Shown here in pieces: positions 24,857 through 37,300 of a stretch of DNA of 64,000 bases. The notes under the pieces were generated by a model. The model searched no databases and was not told where the DNA came from. It was given only the letters and a program-made list of their open reading frames with translations. The position numbers and the translations under genes are program-made. The stretch comes from Anthoceros angustus (lineage: Eukaryota; Plantae; Anthocerotophyta): assembly GCA_010909165.1 (NCBI GenBank), contig MU008220.1:62001-126000 (forward strand), in the 5' to 3' direction. Each line of letters begins with the position of its first letter. Within the stretch, counting starts at the first letter, position 1.

Positions 24857-27335
24857 ATAGTTGCGCTTTGGTTTGCTTCTCAACTTTTGTGGTGCTCCTT
24901 AACGCATCGCCCTTCCTCTTGTCTGCCATGGTTGTGAGGCTTTCCTCTATTGCCTAAGTTTGCCCTGTGCCCAGAGGGAACCCGCACTGGATGTTATCCA
25001 AGTTTTCTCTTCTTGTGTTCGCCCTTGCTCCAACAACTCACAACTCAAAACCCTCCATCTTTTGATTTTGAAACCCTCACCCTTTTTGGTTAATTTGGTA
25101 TGTAGCTTCTTGGTATGTGGTAGCTCCTTCATATGTAGCTCCTGCCTCAGTAGTGCTTAGTCTGTAGCCCTTTGGTACGTAGCTTCTTGGTTTGTGGTGG
25201 CTCCTTGATTTATAGCTCCTGCTTATGTAGCTAGCTTCGAGTACTTGATTTGAATCTTGCACCTAAGGAACTACGTACTTGTCCATTTGTGGTTGCAAGC
25301 TCGTGCGGAGGTGGACTTGCGATACACTGTAGCTCATCTATAGCTCCCATCTTATCGCCCGTAACTGAAGTAGCTATGTCTCACCCAAACAAAAATGTTG
25401 TTTGCTGAAGATTCCCTTGTTGCCTTGTGGAACTGGCTGTCCATTCCCGGACTACTATTATTTAGAAGACCCGGATGTCACATGATCCAGATGGTCTGCT
25501 GCTGCTTGTGTAGCCACCGTGGGGTCTCTAATAGTCAATACCTTTGACCCCATAAAACCATAGTTAGGGAACTTTGGTGCATCACAATGTTCACCTTCGT
25601 GGGTCTTTGATATGGCGATTATATTTGGCTGACAACGTATGTTTAGCAAAGCATTTATACTTGATGATGGATATTTCAGCAAGCTGTTGAGAACATCAAT
25701 AACATCTTCTTTGCCAGGTATATAAGAAGAATCGAAGAGGCGGAAGTAGAATATGGGCAAGAGCTTTATTAATTGTGGCACAATTTACATGACTATATTC
25801 TTGAAGTGCTTATTGTTGTTGGTTTTACGTCTTGGTCATAGGGGATTTGTGTCCTTGCCTTGGCTCATCTAGAGTCTAGAGCCTTATAGGGCTCAACTAG
25901 CTTAGAGCCCATTAGAGCTCAATTGGTTTCTATTGGAAAAGTACTGTACATATACTTATATACATTAGCTTAATATCTTAGGGTATATGTTAGTTGTAGG
26001 TTGCTTTACCGTTATAATTGTTTTAAGGCTATTTATGTAGGACTTCTTCTTGATAAAGTTAATGTTCATGTGCGTGGGTGTATGAACGTTGTTGATGGCA
26101 CGATGCTCTAAATACCTACATGGTATCAGAGCACCATGTTATGATCCTGCCCTTTTCATCCACCTTGCAATGTATTTTCTAAAGAAAATTATTTACAGAA
26201 TGTTGTTTGTGATGAGGAACGGTTTTCCAATTTCTTGCTCATAATGTCATGTAGAATTTTGTATGATGCCTGCAAAAAATCTTGAGTACAGGCACGGTTC
26301 TCGACTTACGGAGATCCGATACATCTGCTTTCTTGAAGACTTTGAGGGTGTATTTTGATCGATTTACACCCGATCAACGGGAGGGACGTCGCCATTTTCT
26401 AAGCGCTTTTCTTTCAAAGCATTTTGTAGATTCTAAGGCAGTCTCACCGAGACATCACACTGGAGCGTCGTAAATCTTTTGAGATACTAAAGAACATTAT
26501 GAGCATTCTCATCATCCTTCGTTGAAATCCTCTTAAAGATTTGCCTCTAACCAAGAAGTTTTACCAACTCAATCTTGAATGTGCCAAGGAAATACGCGTT
26601 CTTTAGATTACAGTACTGTATGTCTTCCCTTGCAATGTATTTTCTAAAGAAAATTATTTAGAATGTTGTTTGTGATGAGGAGCGGTTTTCCAATTTCTTG
26701 CTCATAATGTCATGTAGAATTTTGTATGATGTAAAAATCTTGAGTACCGAGCGACGGAGTCCGACTTACGGAGATCCGATTCATCTGCTTTCTTGAAGAC
26801 TTTGAGATTGTATTTTGAAGTGACACCCGATCAACGGGAGGGACGTCGCCATTTTCTAAGCGCTTTTCTTTCAAAGCATTTTGTAGATTCTAAGGCGGGA
26901 GTCTCCAGCCCTGAGACATCACACTCTGGAGACGTCAGAAATCTTTTTTGAGATACTAAAGAACATTATGAGCATTCTCATCATCCTTCGTTGAAATCCT
27001 CTTCAAGATTTGCCTCTAACCAAGAAGTTTTACTTAACTCAATCTTGAATGTGAGAAGCACGTTCGGAGTGCACTAGCAGTACTTGATAATCTCGCATGT
27101 AGAGGAGACATCGAAGTTGAGAATCGGAGACTTGGTCACAATGGCCCACTTTTCGAGTTGGTCAGCATGAGATCCAAGGAAGTTCTGACAACAAAACACT
27201 TGCATGGGGTCTTCTGTCTCAGTTTGAGATATCAAATTTTCAAGCGTCATAGCGGCTATCACACGGCCACAGGTGGCTAGGCGCGAGGAATAAGGATAGG
27301 CTTACTCCACGATAGGCTTAGCTCCACTGGAGTTT

Positions 27336-30300
27336 TTGAGTTTAAATGCATTCTTGAGAAAAGTTCGCGTGGAATTGATTATTGATGGGACAATTCCCAA
27401 GAAGGTTGCTGGAGAGGATTCCGGAACCTTCACACCTGGAGGAAGCAATAGTGTTAAGTGGACTCAGAAAGATGAACTTGAATGGAATTTTAAGGACAGG
27501 AAAGCACGTACCATCCTTGTTTCTTATGTCTCTCAAGAGATGATCCCCCACATCAAGCTAACCAAGTCTGCTCATGAAGCTTGGTCCCTTCTCTCTGATA
27601 CGTATGAGTCGAAGGATATTATGACTGAAGTTGCTGCTACCCTGAATTTTCAGAACCTGAGAATGAAGGAGAATGACTCCGTAGAGAGTCATGTCTCAAG
27701 ATTTCGTGCAGCACAAGCGAAATTAGCCTCTTGTGGAGTGATTATACCAGAATCCCGGGCAGCCATACAGCTCCTGGCATCACCTCCACCAAGCTATGAG
27801 CAGTGGAGCTCTAGCCAACAGGCAGCAGCGGTAGTGCCACCAGCAACTTCAACCGAGCCTGCAACAACCAATTTGACGGTTCAGAAATTGGTAGGAGCCT
27901 TGCTTCAAGCTGAAGCAAATAGGAGATACATGCATAAGGGAGGTTTCAGTTCCCACAAGCAAAGCGATACAGCACTGTTTATTGGCCGAGGAAGACTCCG
28001 AGGTCATGGACGTGGCCGTGGTCATGGAAGCTTTGGCCGTGGAAGAGGACAAGCGTTCTATCCAGGAGGTCAGAGCTCCAGCTCACAAAGTGGGAAGAAA
28101 CCCGGTACCTGCAATTACTGTAACAAGCTAGGTCACTGGATTAAAGACTGTCGCAAGCGAAAGTCTTTAAAAGCATCTAAGGGAAAGCACGCAGCGGAAG
28201 CCAATGTTACCAGAGCCTCCACACCGGGTCTGCTGGTAGCTTGCTTAGCCTCTGCAGCTCAGGACAAGGACTCACAGCGATGGTTCCTTGATAGTGGTGC
28301 CTCTAATCACATGTGCTCCCAGCGTAGAGCTTTTGTTACGTATGGCCCTGTCCCAAAGTTTAGCAATAGAGCTGTAGCTTTAGGTGACAACTCTCAACTT
28401 CCCATTAAAGGATCTGGAACTGTAGGAGTCGTTCTTCGAAATGGAAGTTCTTTTCAGTTAGAAAATACATTGCATGTCCCATCTTTGACTAAAAACCTGG
28501 TGAGCACTATGGCTCTTGGTAAAACAGGCCTGTATAGAATTACCTTTGAAGGGCTGGAGTGCTTGATTTCTTTGCTTTCTTCTCCTTCTACAGTAGTAGC
28601 TAGAGGAATGCCTTTGCATGACCTATATTTACTAGACTTTCAGTCCACCTCATATACATCGTCTGTACATTTAACAAATTCATCCAAGTCCAAATCAGCA
28701 CTTGCTTTTAGGTGGCATTGTAGGCTTGGTCACCCAAATCTCCAAGCTATGAGACGTCTACTGAACGAAAGAATGGTCATTGGGTTCTGTGAAGCAGATT
28801 TACCAGATCTTGATTTATGTGTTGCCTGTGTACATGGCAAACAACATAAATCACACTTTGGTAGTGGTAAACCTCGCAAAGTTTCAAAAGTTTTGGACTT
28901 GGTTCATACTGATATATGTGGACCGATGTCTACTCCGTCATGGGGAGGAGCTCGGTACTTCGTGATCTTTGAAGATGATAAGACTCATTTTACTGTCACT
29001 AAACTCCTGCATCAGAAAAGCCAAGTTTTTGATAGCTTTAAGCGCTACTTGGCTTATGCTGAACGAAAAACTGGATTCAAGCTTAAGTGCATTCGATCAG
29101 ACAATGGCAAGGAGTATCTTTCAACAGCTTTTCAGGAGTACTGTCAGGAAAGAGGTATTACTAGGCAGCTTACCATCCCTTATCATTCTGACATGAATGG
29201 AAGGGCTGAGAGAAGGCACAGGACAATACAAGATGTTGCTAGATCACTCCTGTTTCAGGGGAGGCTGCCTATATGATTTTTAATGAAGCGGTGCAAGTTT
29301 CAACATACCTTCAAAAAGGCTATTGTTTCTTCTGCAGGGCTAACCCCTTTGAAGCGTGGGCGGGATCACGGATTTGTCCCATCTTGAGTATTCGGTGTAG
29401 CCTATGCGCATATACGGATAAGCTCGTCACAAATTCGCATTACAAATCTAAGCGACATATCTTCATTGGCTACATGAGAATACTTGGGTACAAGCTTTTT
29501 GAACCGACCTCTCGCAGAGTTGTGCTCGAATCGAGCAGTTTTTGATGAAGAGTCTATTTTACGGCCACCAGATCCAGCTCGTATAGACCTTGTTAGTGTT
29601 CTTGAGTCTGAATCTGTTGAGCTGGCTGACCATGAAGATGTTTCTTCATATGGAGATGGTGTTGTTGATTTTGTTGATTTTCCCGGTTTTGATCCATCTT
29701 ATGCTGATCCTGTTCTTGGGACTCCATTTGTTCCAGATTTAGTTCCACCCATCCCTCCTGTTGGTCTAGACCTTGTTGATACCCCTTCCTTATTACCAGG
29801 GCCGATATGCAGCTACTGTTGATCCAGATACAGTGTATGGATCCCTGTTTTGGTTTTGATGCTTGATCCCCCTCCTCGCATTCCTCCCCTTGACCCCTCT
29901 GACTATGATGACCCTGTCGAGTATGTTATGCCAGTTCCTCAGCCAATTCCACCTCGTCGTTCTACCCGACTACATAGGCCTCCCTCTCAATGGTGTGAGC
30001 CTCCTTATCGTAGTGAGGATTTCCGGAAGGTGCCTCGTCCTGTTGGCTCCGATGCTTGAGACTTTCTGGTAGATGTTTTTGATGATGTGCATGATTTGGC
30101 CAACTGTCATTCACCACAGCTATGAGGCGTCTCTTGAGCGAAAGAATGGTCATTGGGTTCCATGAAGCATTTACGGATCTTGATTTATGTGTTGCTCGTA
30201 CATGGCAAACAACATAAATCACACTTTAATGATAGTAAACCTCGCAGTTTCAAAAGTTTTGGACTTGGTTCATCGATATATGTGGACCGATGTCTACTAC

Positions 30301-33086
30301 ATATGGGGAGGAGCTCGGTGCCGTGATCTTTGAAGATGATAAGACTCATTTCTTGTCACTAAACTCTGCATCGGAAAAGCCAAGTTTTTGATAGCTTTAA
30401 GCGCTACTTGGCTTATCTTTGAGCAAGTGGATTCAAGCTTAAGTGCATTCGATCAGACAATGGCAAGGAGTATCTTTCAACAGCTTTTCAGGAGTACTGT
30501 CAGGAAAGAGGTATTACTAGGCAGCTTACCATCCCTTATCATTCTGACATGAATGGAAGGGCTGAGAGAAGGCACAGGACAATACAAGATGTTGCTAGAT
30601 CACTCCTGTTTCAGGGGAGGCTGCCTATATGATTTTGGGCTGAAGCGGTGCAAGTTTCAACATACCTTCAAAACAGAACTATTGTTTCTTCTCTGCAAGG
30701 GCTAACCCCCTTTGAAGCGTGGACGGGATCAAAGCCTGATTTGTCCCATCTTCGAGTATTCGGCAGTGTAGCCTATGCGCATATACCGGATAAGCTATGT
30801 CACAAATTCGCGTACAAATCTAAGCGACATATCTTCATTGGCTACACAGCAGGAATACTTGGGTACAAGCTTTTTGAACCGACCTCTCACAGAGGTGTGC
30901 ATGCTCGAACAGTTGCATTTGATGAAGAGTCTATTTTACGGCCACCAGATCCAGCTCGTATAGACCTTGTTAGTGTTCTTGAGTCTGAATCTGTTGAGCT
31001 GGCTGACCATGAAGATGTTTCTTCATATGGAGATGGTGTTGTTGATTTTGTTGATTTTCCCGGTTTTGATCCATCTTATGCTGATCCTGTTCTTGGGACT
31101 CCATTTGTTCCAGATTTAGTTCCACCCATCCCTCCTGTTGGTCTAGACCTTGTTGATACCCCTTCCTTATTAGGCCGGCCGATATGCCCACTGTTGATCC
31201 AGATCTGGTGGATCCCGCACCTCGGTTTTGATGCTTGATCCCCCTCCTCGCATTCCTCCCCTTGACCCCTCTGACTATGATGACCACAGTATGTTATGCC
31301 GCCTTCCTATTCCACCTCGTCGTTCTACCCGACTACATAGGCCTCCCTCTCAATGGTGTGAGCCTCCTTATCGTAGTGAGGATTTCCGGAAGGTGCCTCG
31401 TCCTGTTGGCTCCGATGCTTGAGACTTTCTGGTAGATGTTTTTGATGATGTGCATGATTTGGCCAACCTGTCTGTTCACCCTGGCTATGAGCCCCAGTCC
31501 TATCAAGAGGCCATCTCTGGCCCTGAGGCGCATCTGTGGCAAGCTGCGATCTAGTCAGAGTATGATAGTCTCCTTCATAACAACACATGGGAGCTCTGCC
31601 CTCCGCCTCAGGGGAGGAAGATAGTCACCTCGAAGTGGGTCTTCAAGTTGAAGTACAAGGCTGACGGCAGTATCTCCCGCTACAAAGCTCTCCTTGTGGC
31701 GAGAGGTTTCTCACAAGTGCCTGGCCTGGATTATCATGAGACGTTTTCTGTTGTAGTCAAGTCTCAATCTTTGCATGTGTTGTTTTCCATGTCTGCGTTT
31801 TTCTCTCTCTTTATCCATCAGATGGATGTGAAGACTGAATTTCTGCATGGCAAGTTAGAGGAAGAGATATTTATGCAGCAACCGGAGGGCTTTGAAGCTA
31901 AGGGCAAAGAGGACTGGGTCTGCAAGCTATTGAAGACTATCTATGGGCTCAAGCAGAGCCCAAGGGCATGGTATCAATGTAAAGATGAGTTTTTACTAGG
32001 ACTCACCTTTCAGAAGAGTGTGGCAGATTTGAACGTTTATCGTCTACAAGAGGAGCATGGCTTTGTGGTTTTAGCTCTCTATGTGGACGACTGCATACTG
32101 TTGGGTACTGATCTTGATAGAATCGCCAAGGTAAAGGTTCTGCTGTCGGGGCGGTTCGATATGGTCGACATTGGAGAACTCTCTTACTGTCTTGGAACAC
32201 AGCTTCAGCGTGATCCTGCTTCAGGCACCTTGGTTATTCATTAAGAAAAGTACATTCATGACATGCTCTTTAAATATAAGCTGGTTGATGCTAAGCCCGC
32301 CTTAACACCTCTGGCTGCAAACTGTCTAAAGACCAGTCTCCTCAAACGGATTCAAAAAAGCAAGAGATGGCGGATGTACCTTATTCCCAGGCTGTTGGGT
32401 CCCTTATATTCTGCTCTAATGATAGCAGGCCTGATGTTGCCTTACCTGTGAGTATGACTTCTCAATTTCTCAAGGACCCTGAGAGAGCTCATTGGTCAGC
32501 AAGCAAGCGCATTCTTAGATATCTTAAAGGGACCAGCAGTCATGGAATCCACTACACCAAAAAGTCACATGAGGGTCAGTCTCTTACTCTGGTGGGCTAC
32601 TGTGATGCGGACTGGGCATTTGATCCAGATACCCGGAAGTCCATTTCGGCTTATGCGTTTCTTTTAGCTGGTGGTGCTGTAACTTGGTCCTCTAAAAAGC
32701 AATCAACTGTCTCCCTGTCTTCAACGGAGGCTGAGTACTCTGCACTCACTCAAGCGGCTAAAGAGGCAATTTGGTTGAGAAGGTTACTAGAAGACCTTGG
32801 ACAGAAGCAGCTTAATCCTACGGTTATTTACTGCGATAATCAGTCTGCTCTAGCATTAGCCCAAAATCCGATCTTCCATGCAAGGACTAAACATATTGAA
32901 GCTCACCATCATTTTGTTAGGGATGTAGTCGCTACTGGACAGATCAAGCTAGAGTATATTCCCACAGATTCAAACACTACAGACATTCTCACAAAAGCAC
33001 TTCCACGGGTTAAACATTACCAATTTAAGGAGTCTTTAGGGGTTCTAGAGTCTATCCCAATCTCAGTCCAGTTGGGTAACTGTTGA
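27336..33086 (+). pseudogene. c3 gag-pol
   Basis: CNYCNKLGHWIKDC, WFLDSGA, WHCRLGH, RSDNGKEY, YVDD, YCDADWA...RTKHIE. Integrase region duplicated; stops and frameshifts present. Confidence 0.92.
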
Positions 33087-33146
33087 GTGGGAGCCAAGTT
33101 GTAGGGTCTGGTGTTTTTGCCTACACTATCTAAATGTTAATCATGA

Positions 33147-34178
33147 CTAGAATTCCTCATATTCACTGGAGCTTGTTGGGCCGAAGAAAAGTGACCTCTG
33201 GCCCTTATTCTCTCTGAGTAGTGCTAGGAAGTTCAGGTCATATTCAGATTCACTCTCGGTGTGGTCATCGTCTTCAGTGTTATACTCCACACCAGCCTCT
33301 TCACACATGGTTCTCTTGGATCTTGTAGGGACAGAATGGTTTCCCTAGTTAGTATCAACATGTAAGAAGTTGTACAAACCCACGAAACAGTGGGAGTAGT
33401 TAGTGCAAGTGACTTACTATAAAATGAAATGAAGTTTCCTCCTTCACCTCCCCATCTGTACTAGTATTCTCTGATCATTGCAATTCCAGTGCTTTCACAT
33501 GTATAGACATCATGGAGTCATAGGGTCACTGTATCAGCATCTGAAAGCACTCTTACCTCCCTGGTGTGACTTCCTTTTCCTAACTTGAAGTGCCTTGCTT
33601 TGTAAGTCATTGGGAGCGAGCAGTGTGCTCGCTGTGACGCCAGTCTCTCTTGTCCATTGTCCACAGCTCATTGAGTGGGCCCGAGACTTCACAGTGTGGT
33701 TGTCAGCTGAAAAGTCTTGGGTGTCTGGTTGAGACACTCGAGGTGCCCCTGGTTGCCTGTTGTTTGCTTGCAGGCGAAGTTCACGCATCTCATTCTCTAG
33801 CTTGGTCTTCTCATCTTCAAGGCGCTGGACCATGCTTCGCCAATATGCATGGCTTCTACGGCTCTCAGCTCTACTTCTCCGGAGCCAATTTGGAGTGTTT
33901 CCATGCTTCGGACAGCTAAGACTTGCACAGGTGCACTTCGGCGATGGGCTTCCTCATCGAACTCCTGTGCGTGCGCATGGTGCTTCTGGTGACTTCTCCA
34001 GTTTTGAGATCAGATTGTCATTGCCTTGAGTGGCCTCGACTTCCGGCTCTGTCTTTGCCTGCATCATGTGCTTCTTCCTTGTTTCCTTTGCTGAGTAGAA
34101 GGCTTCATCGTTGTCCTCCGACTCAGAGGACACAGCAATTGGAGCTCTGGCTGATCCGCTTGCTCCTCTTGTTCCCAT
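33147..34178 (-). pseudogene. Decayed spliced antisense accessory gene of c3 (intron 33323-33417, last exon 33147-33322)
   Basis: TL*LHDVYTCESTGIAMIREY*YRWGGEGGNFISFY then A|GTAAGT; branch ACTAAC; acceptor apparently CAG>CAA. Last exon is open: SKRTMCEEAG...SSSEYEEF*. Upstream S/E-rich and coiled-coil fragments. Confidence 0.65.
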
Positions 34179-34319
34179 GGCTGGTAGCTGCTGAACTGGA
34201 ATAGAAGCTCGTCTGTCTCTCTGGGTTCTTTGGATGGAGCAGGAGCTTTTATGACTGCGCGTGTGAGAGCTACTTGGACGTTTGAGGAGTAACCCGTGTT
34301 CTCTGATAGCAATGATTCT

Positions 34320-37300
34320 GAGGGCAACGATCATCTTCATCTTGTCTGGATCAACTTCGATGCCTCGTGCTGAAATTCTGTGCCCCAACAAAATCCCCTC
34401 CAGCATGCCAAAGTAGCATTTCTCCGGATGTAGGCAAAGTTGAGTTTCACGACACCTCGCCAAGCACTGCCGCAAGTGATCCAGGTGCTCCTCCACGCTC
34501 CCAAACACACAAAAATCATCTAGGAATACCTCCATGAACTTGTGGAGATACTCCTTGAAGATCTTGACCATGCTCCGCATGAAGGAACCCGTCACCTCGA
34601 AAGCAAACACGTCGATGAACTCAGCAAGGAGCTGTTTCATTCCTTCCTCCAACGTTGGGTCCAGCTGTTGTGCAAACTTCAGCACCTTCCCGGGCAACAC
34701 CTCCACGTCCTTAATCTAAATCTTGTACCCTCTCGCTCCACAGGTCTTTGAACTCTCACCAAACCCTTCCTCCGGTTCACGAGGTCCTCTTCCCTCATGC
34801 CTCCCTAAATAGGTCCTCGAGGTGAATCGAATGATCACAGCTCACCCCTTTCGACTGTTCTTGGTTGATCCCTTCCTTAGCAACCTTTGTTCGAGAATCA
34901 TTTGTTGCTTCCTTGTACCTCGTTAGCAGCGGTTGCTTCCTTAATCGTTAGCAGCGTTCTTGTCACCTCCTTGGTGCGGTCCTCCATGAACCAAAGCGGT
35001 CCACCAAATTGAGGAGTAAGGATATCCCTCCTATACTCCTCCTCATCGACCATGCGATATGTGCAAAGGAAATTTGTCCGGTTCCCTCCTTCTTCCTCCG
35101 GTCGGATGTTTCTCCATGATGTGTATCCTTCCGTTCTTTGTAGGAGTCTCCCACAGTGGTATCCTGCTCCAACTCAAACAAATTCGGCCTCCTTGTCTTG
35201 GGGTCCCAATCCATTGGCTTAAAAGCCACTTCCTTCCTCCCCAAGTCATCTTGCATCTTGAGCCATCTGACAGTCCTTCCCAATAGGATGTCGTACCACA
35301 GGCGCCTTGTCTTGGATAACCACATAGTCCATGAGATAGGGAATGGTCCCTATGATGGTGGTTACTCCTTGATTCTCCACAGTGCATTTTTGACATGTCG
35401 GTCCAATCTCGGCCTGGTGGTATGCTCAATGTCAACCCAAGCTTCCTGCTATCCTTCCGTCATGATGTTCACCGGATCCGGTATCCAAGGGAACCGCTTG
35501 ATGACACGACGATCTCCACTTGCGGCTCGCGGCCCTTGGTCTATCATGGACACTAGGTTGGTGAGTCGGCACCTTGGTCTGGCTTGGGCAATCGCCTCTT
35601 CCTCTTGGGTTGCGCTTCTTGCAAGGCCTCCGAACTTGTTGCACTGCCGGGTTGTCCTTCAATAGTTGACCAAACGTGATGGCTGCGATCCATGATGGCT
35701 TGACAAGGTTAAATGGTCCTCGATCGGTCCCTCCTTCTTCCCATCGCGGTTGCTCCCTTAGCAACAACGTCGGTGTTGCTTATGCGGCCGCCTTAGCAAC
35801 GGCGGTTGCTAACTCGGAGGACTTCTGCGATCTCGAGGATCACGAGCTCGGCGGTTTTTGTCTTGGTCAATTCCTCCTCTATCATCTCCATGACTTCCGG
35901 CGTCGTCCGGTGGAAACTCGGGTTTCCTCTCCCTTTTCTTGGAACTTCTTTTCTCGGCATGGCCCCAGCGATTCACTCCTTGATTCTTCCTTCTCGGGGT
36001 TCTCCTTCTCAAGTGTCTCCTCCGGATCCGTTCCCTCCGGGCTTGGAGTGCTCTCTTGACTTTGTGGTGATTCCACCTCCGTCTCTTTCTTCTTCATGAC
36101 TTCCTCCTAGCTTTTCACTCCTAGTGCGCCTGACCATGGCACCTCTCCGTAGTAGTCTCCTCCACCCCAGTCCATCTAGCTCCCGCAACACCATGGCTTC
36201 CGCATCCTCCCCAAAAGACCATAAGGGCATCCTCCACGTGCATGGGCCACGGCTCCTTGAGGATGCTTGCTGAACCCTCACACGGTGGTTGAGCAATTGA
36301 GCGATCTTCCTCGGTTTGGGCAAGTGACACTCCCGCCACATGACCATTGTTTTCGGTCTTGGCACCGTTCGTAGTCACCATTGGCCTGTCTTGTGATGAG
36401 CTATTTGCATAATGACCAAAGCCCCTATTGTAGCTTGAACCACACCGTTGCTTGGTTAGCAACCACAGGCACTTGGTTGTTACGAATGCCCCCATGGAAT
36501 TTCGCGGCATCGATGGATCTTGGGGTCTGTTGTCCTTGGAAACCTCACGGATCGGTAGGTATCCTCCAGCGATCCTCTTCCTCCTCCTCGTGGCGAGCAT
36601 GTGCACCTTGGCCACATGGCAGTTGGACTTGGTGTGGCTGGCTGGCCACAAGTGGAACAAAAGCAGGTTAGCCCGAGCCTTTGGATGCGCTCTCCTCTTC
36701 TCATGCTCCTTCACGCGTTGAGGTGAAACTTCTCGAATTTGCTCATCATTTCCTCCATCTTCATTTCTTCTTTGCACCTTCTTGTGCGACAGCCTCCTTC
36801 TTGACTTGTTCCACTTCCTTCTTAGCACTAGCAACCTCTTGTTTAATACGGCCAGCTCCCTTGATCCTCGAGCCTCTGGTTTCTTCTTAGCGTCAACCTT
36901 CTTCTTCTTCTCTGCGTCTCGTCTTGGGGATTCTTCCTCCGTCTGCCATCCTCAGGAAGAGTCCTCCGAGTCTGTCTTGAGAGGTCACTCTCCTCAAGAT
37001 TCTTCCTCCGACGAAGATCCCTTGTCCTTCTTCCCTCGCTTGGACTTCTTCTTCTTGCTCTTTTCCTTCTTGTGCTTCTTCTTGTCCAAGGAGTTGGATT
37101 CTTCGTAGTTGAGTGCCGCCTTGATGGCCTTGTCTCGTCCTTCTCCGCTTGCGCCTCACATGTCGGCCCATCTCGGATCTAACCTTAGCAAACCACCGAA
37201 TGGCACATAATCAGTGAGGACCACTACGATCACGCAAGTTAAGAAACCTCTCAACATAAGCTTGCAAGGTCTCCTTCCTTCTTCTCCTCAAAACTCCAAC

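Larger units (their letters stand above)
25931..34320 (+). mobile_element. Ty1/copia element c3; 3' LTR lost; two internal tandem duplications
   Basis: LTR ending ...CCTACA at 26120 (start ~25931 TATTGG inferred by analogy to c5) and PBS TGGTATCAGAGC at 26121-26132. Gag-pol is followed by a 1.2 kb spacer joined to a gypsy RT. Confidence 0.88.

Noticed and set aside
25458-25781. 107-aa minus ORF
   Set aside because: No motif or splice support; cannot be called.
33389-33400. AGTGGGAG as the PPT of c3
   Set aside because: No LTR copy follows it; it lies within the antisense intron.
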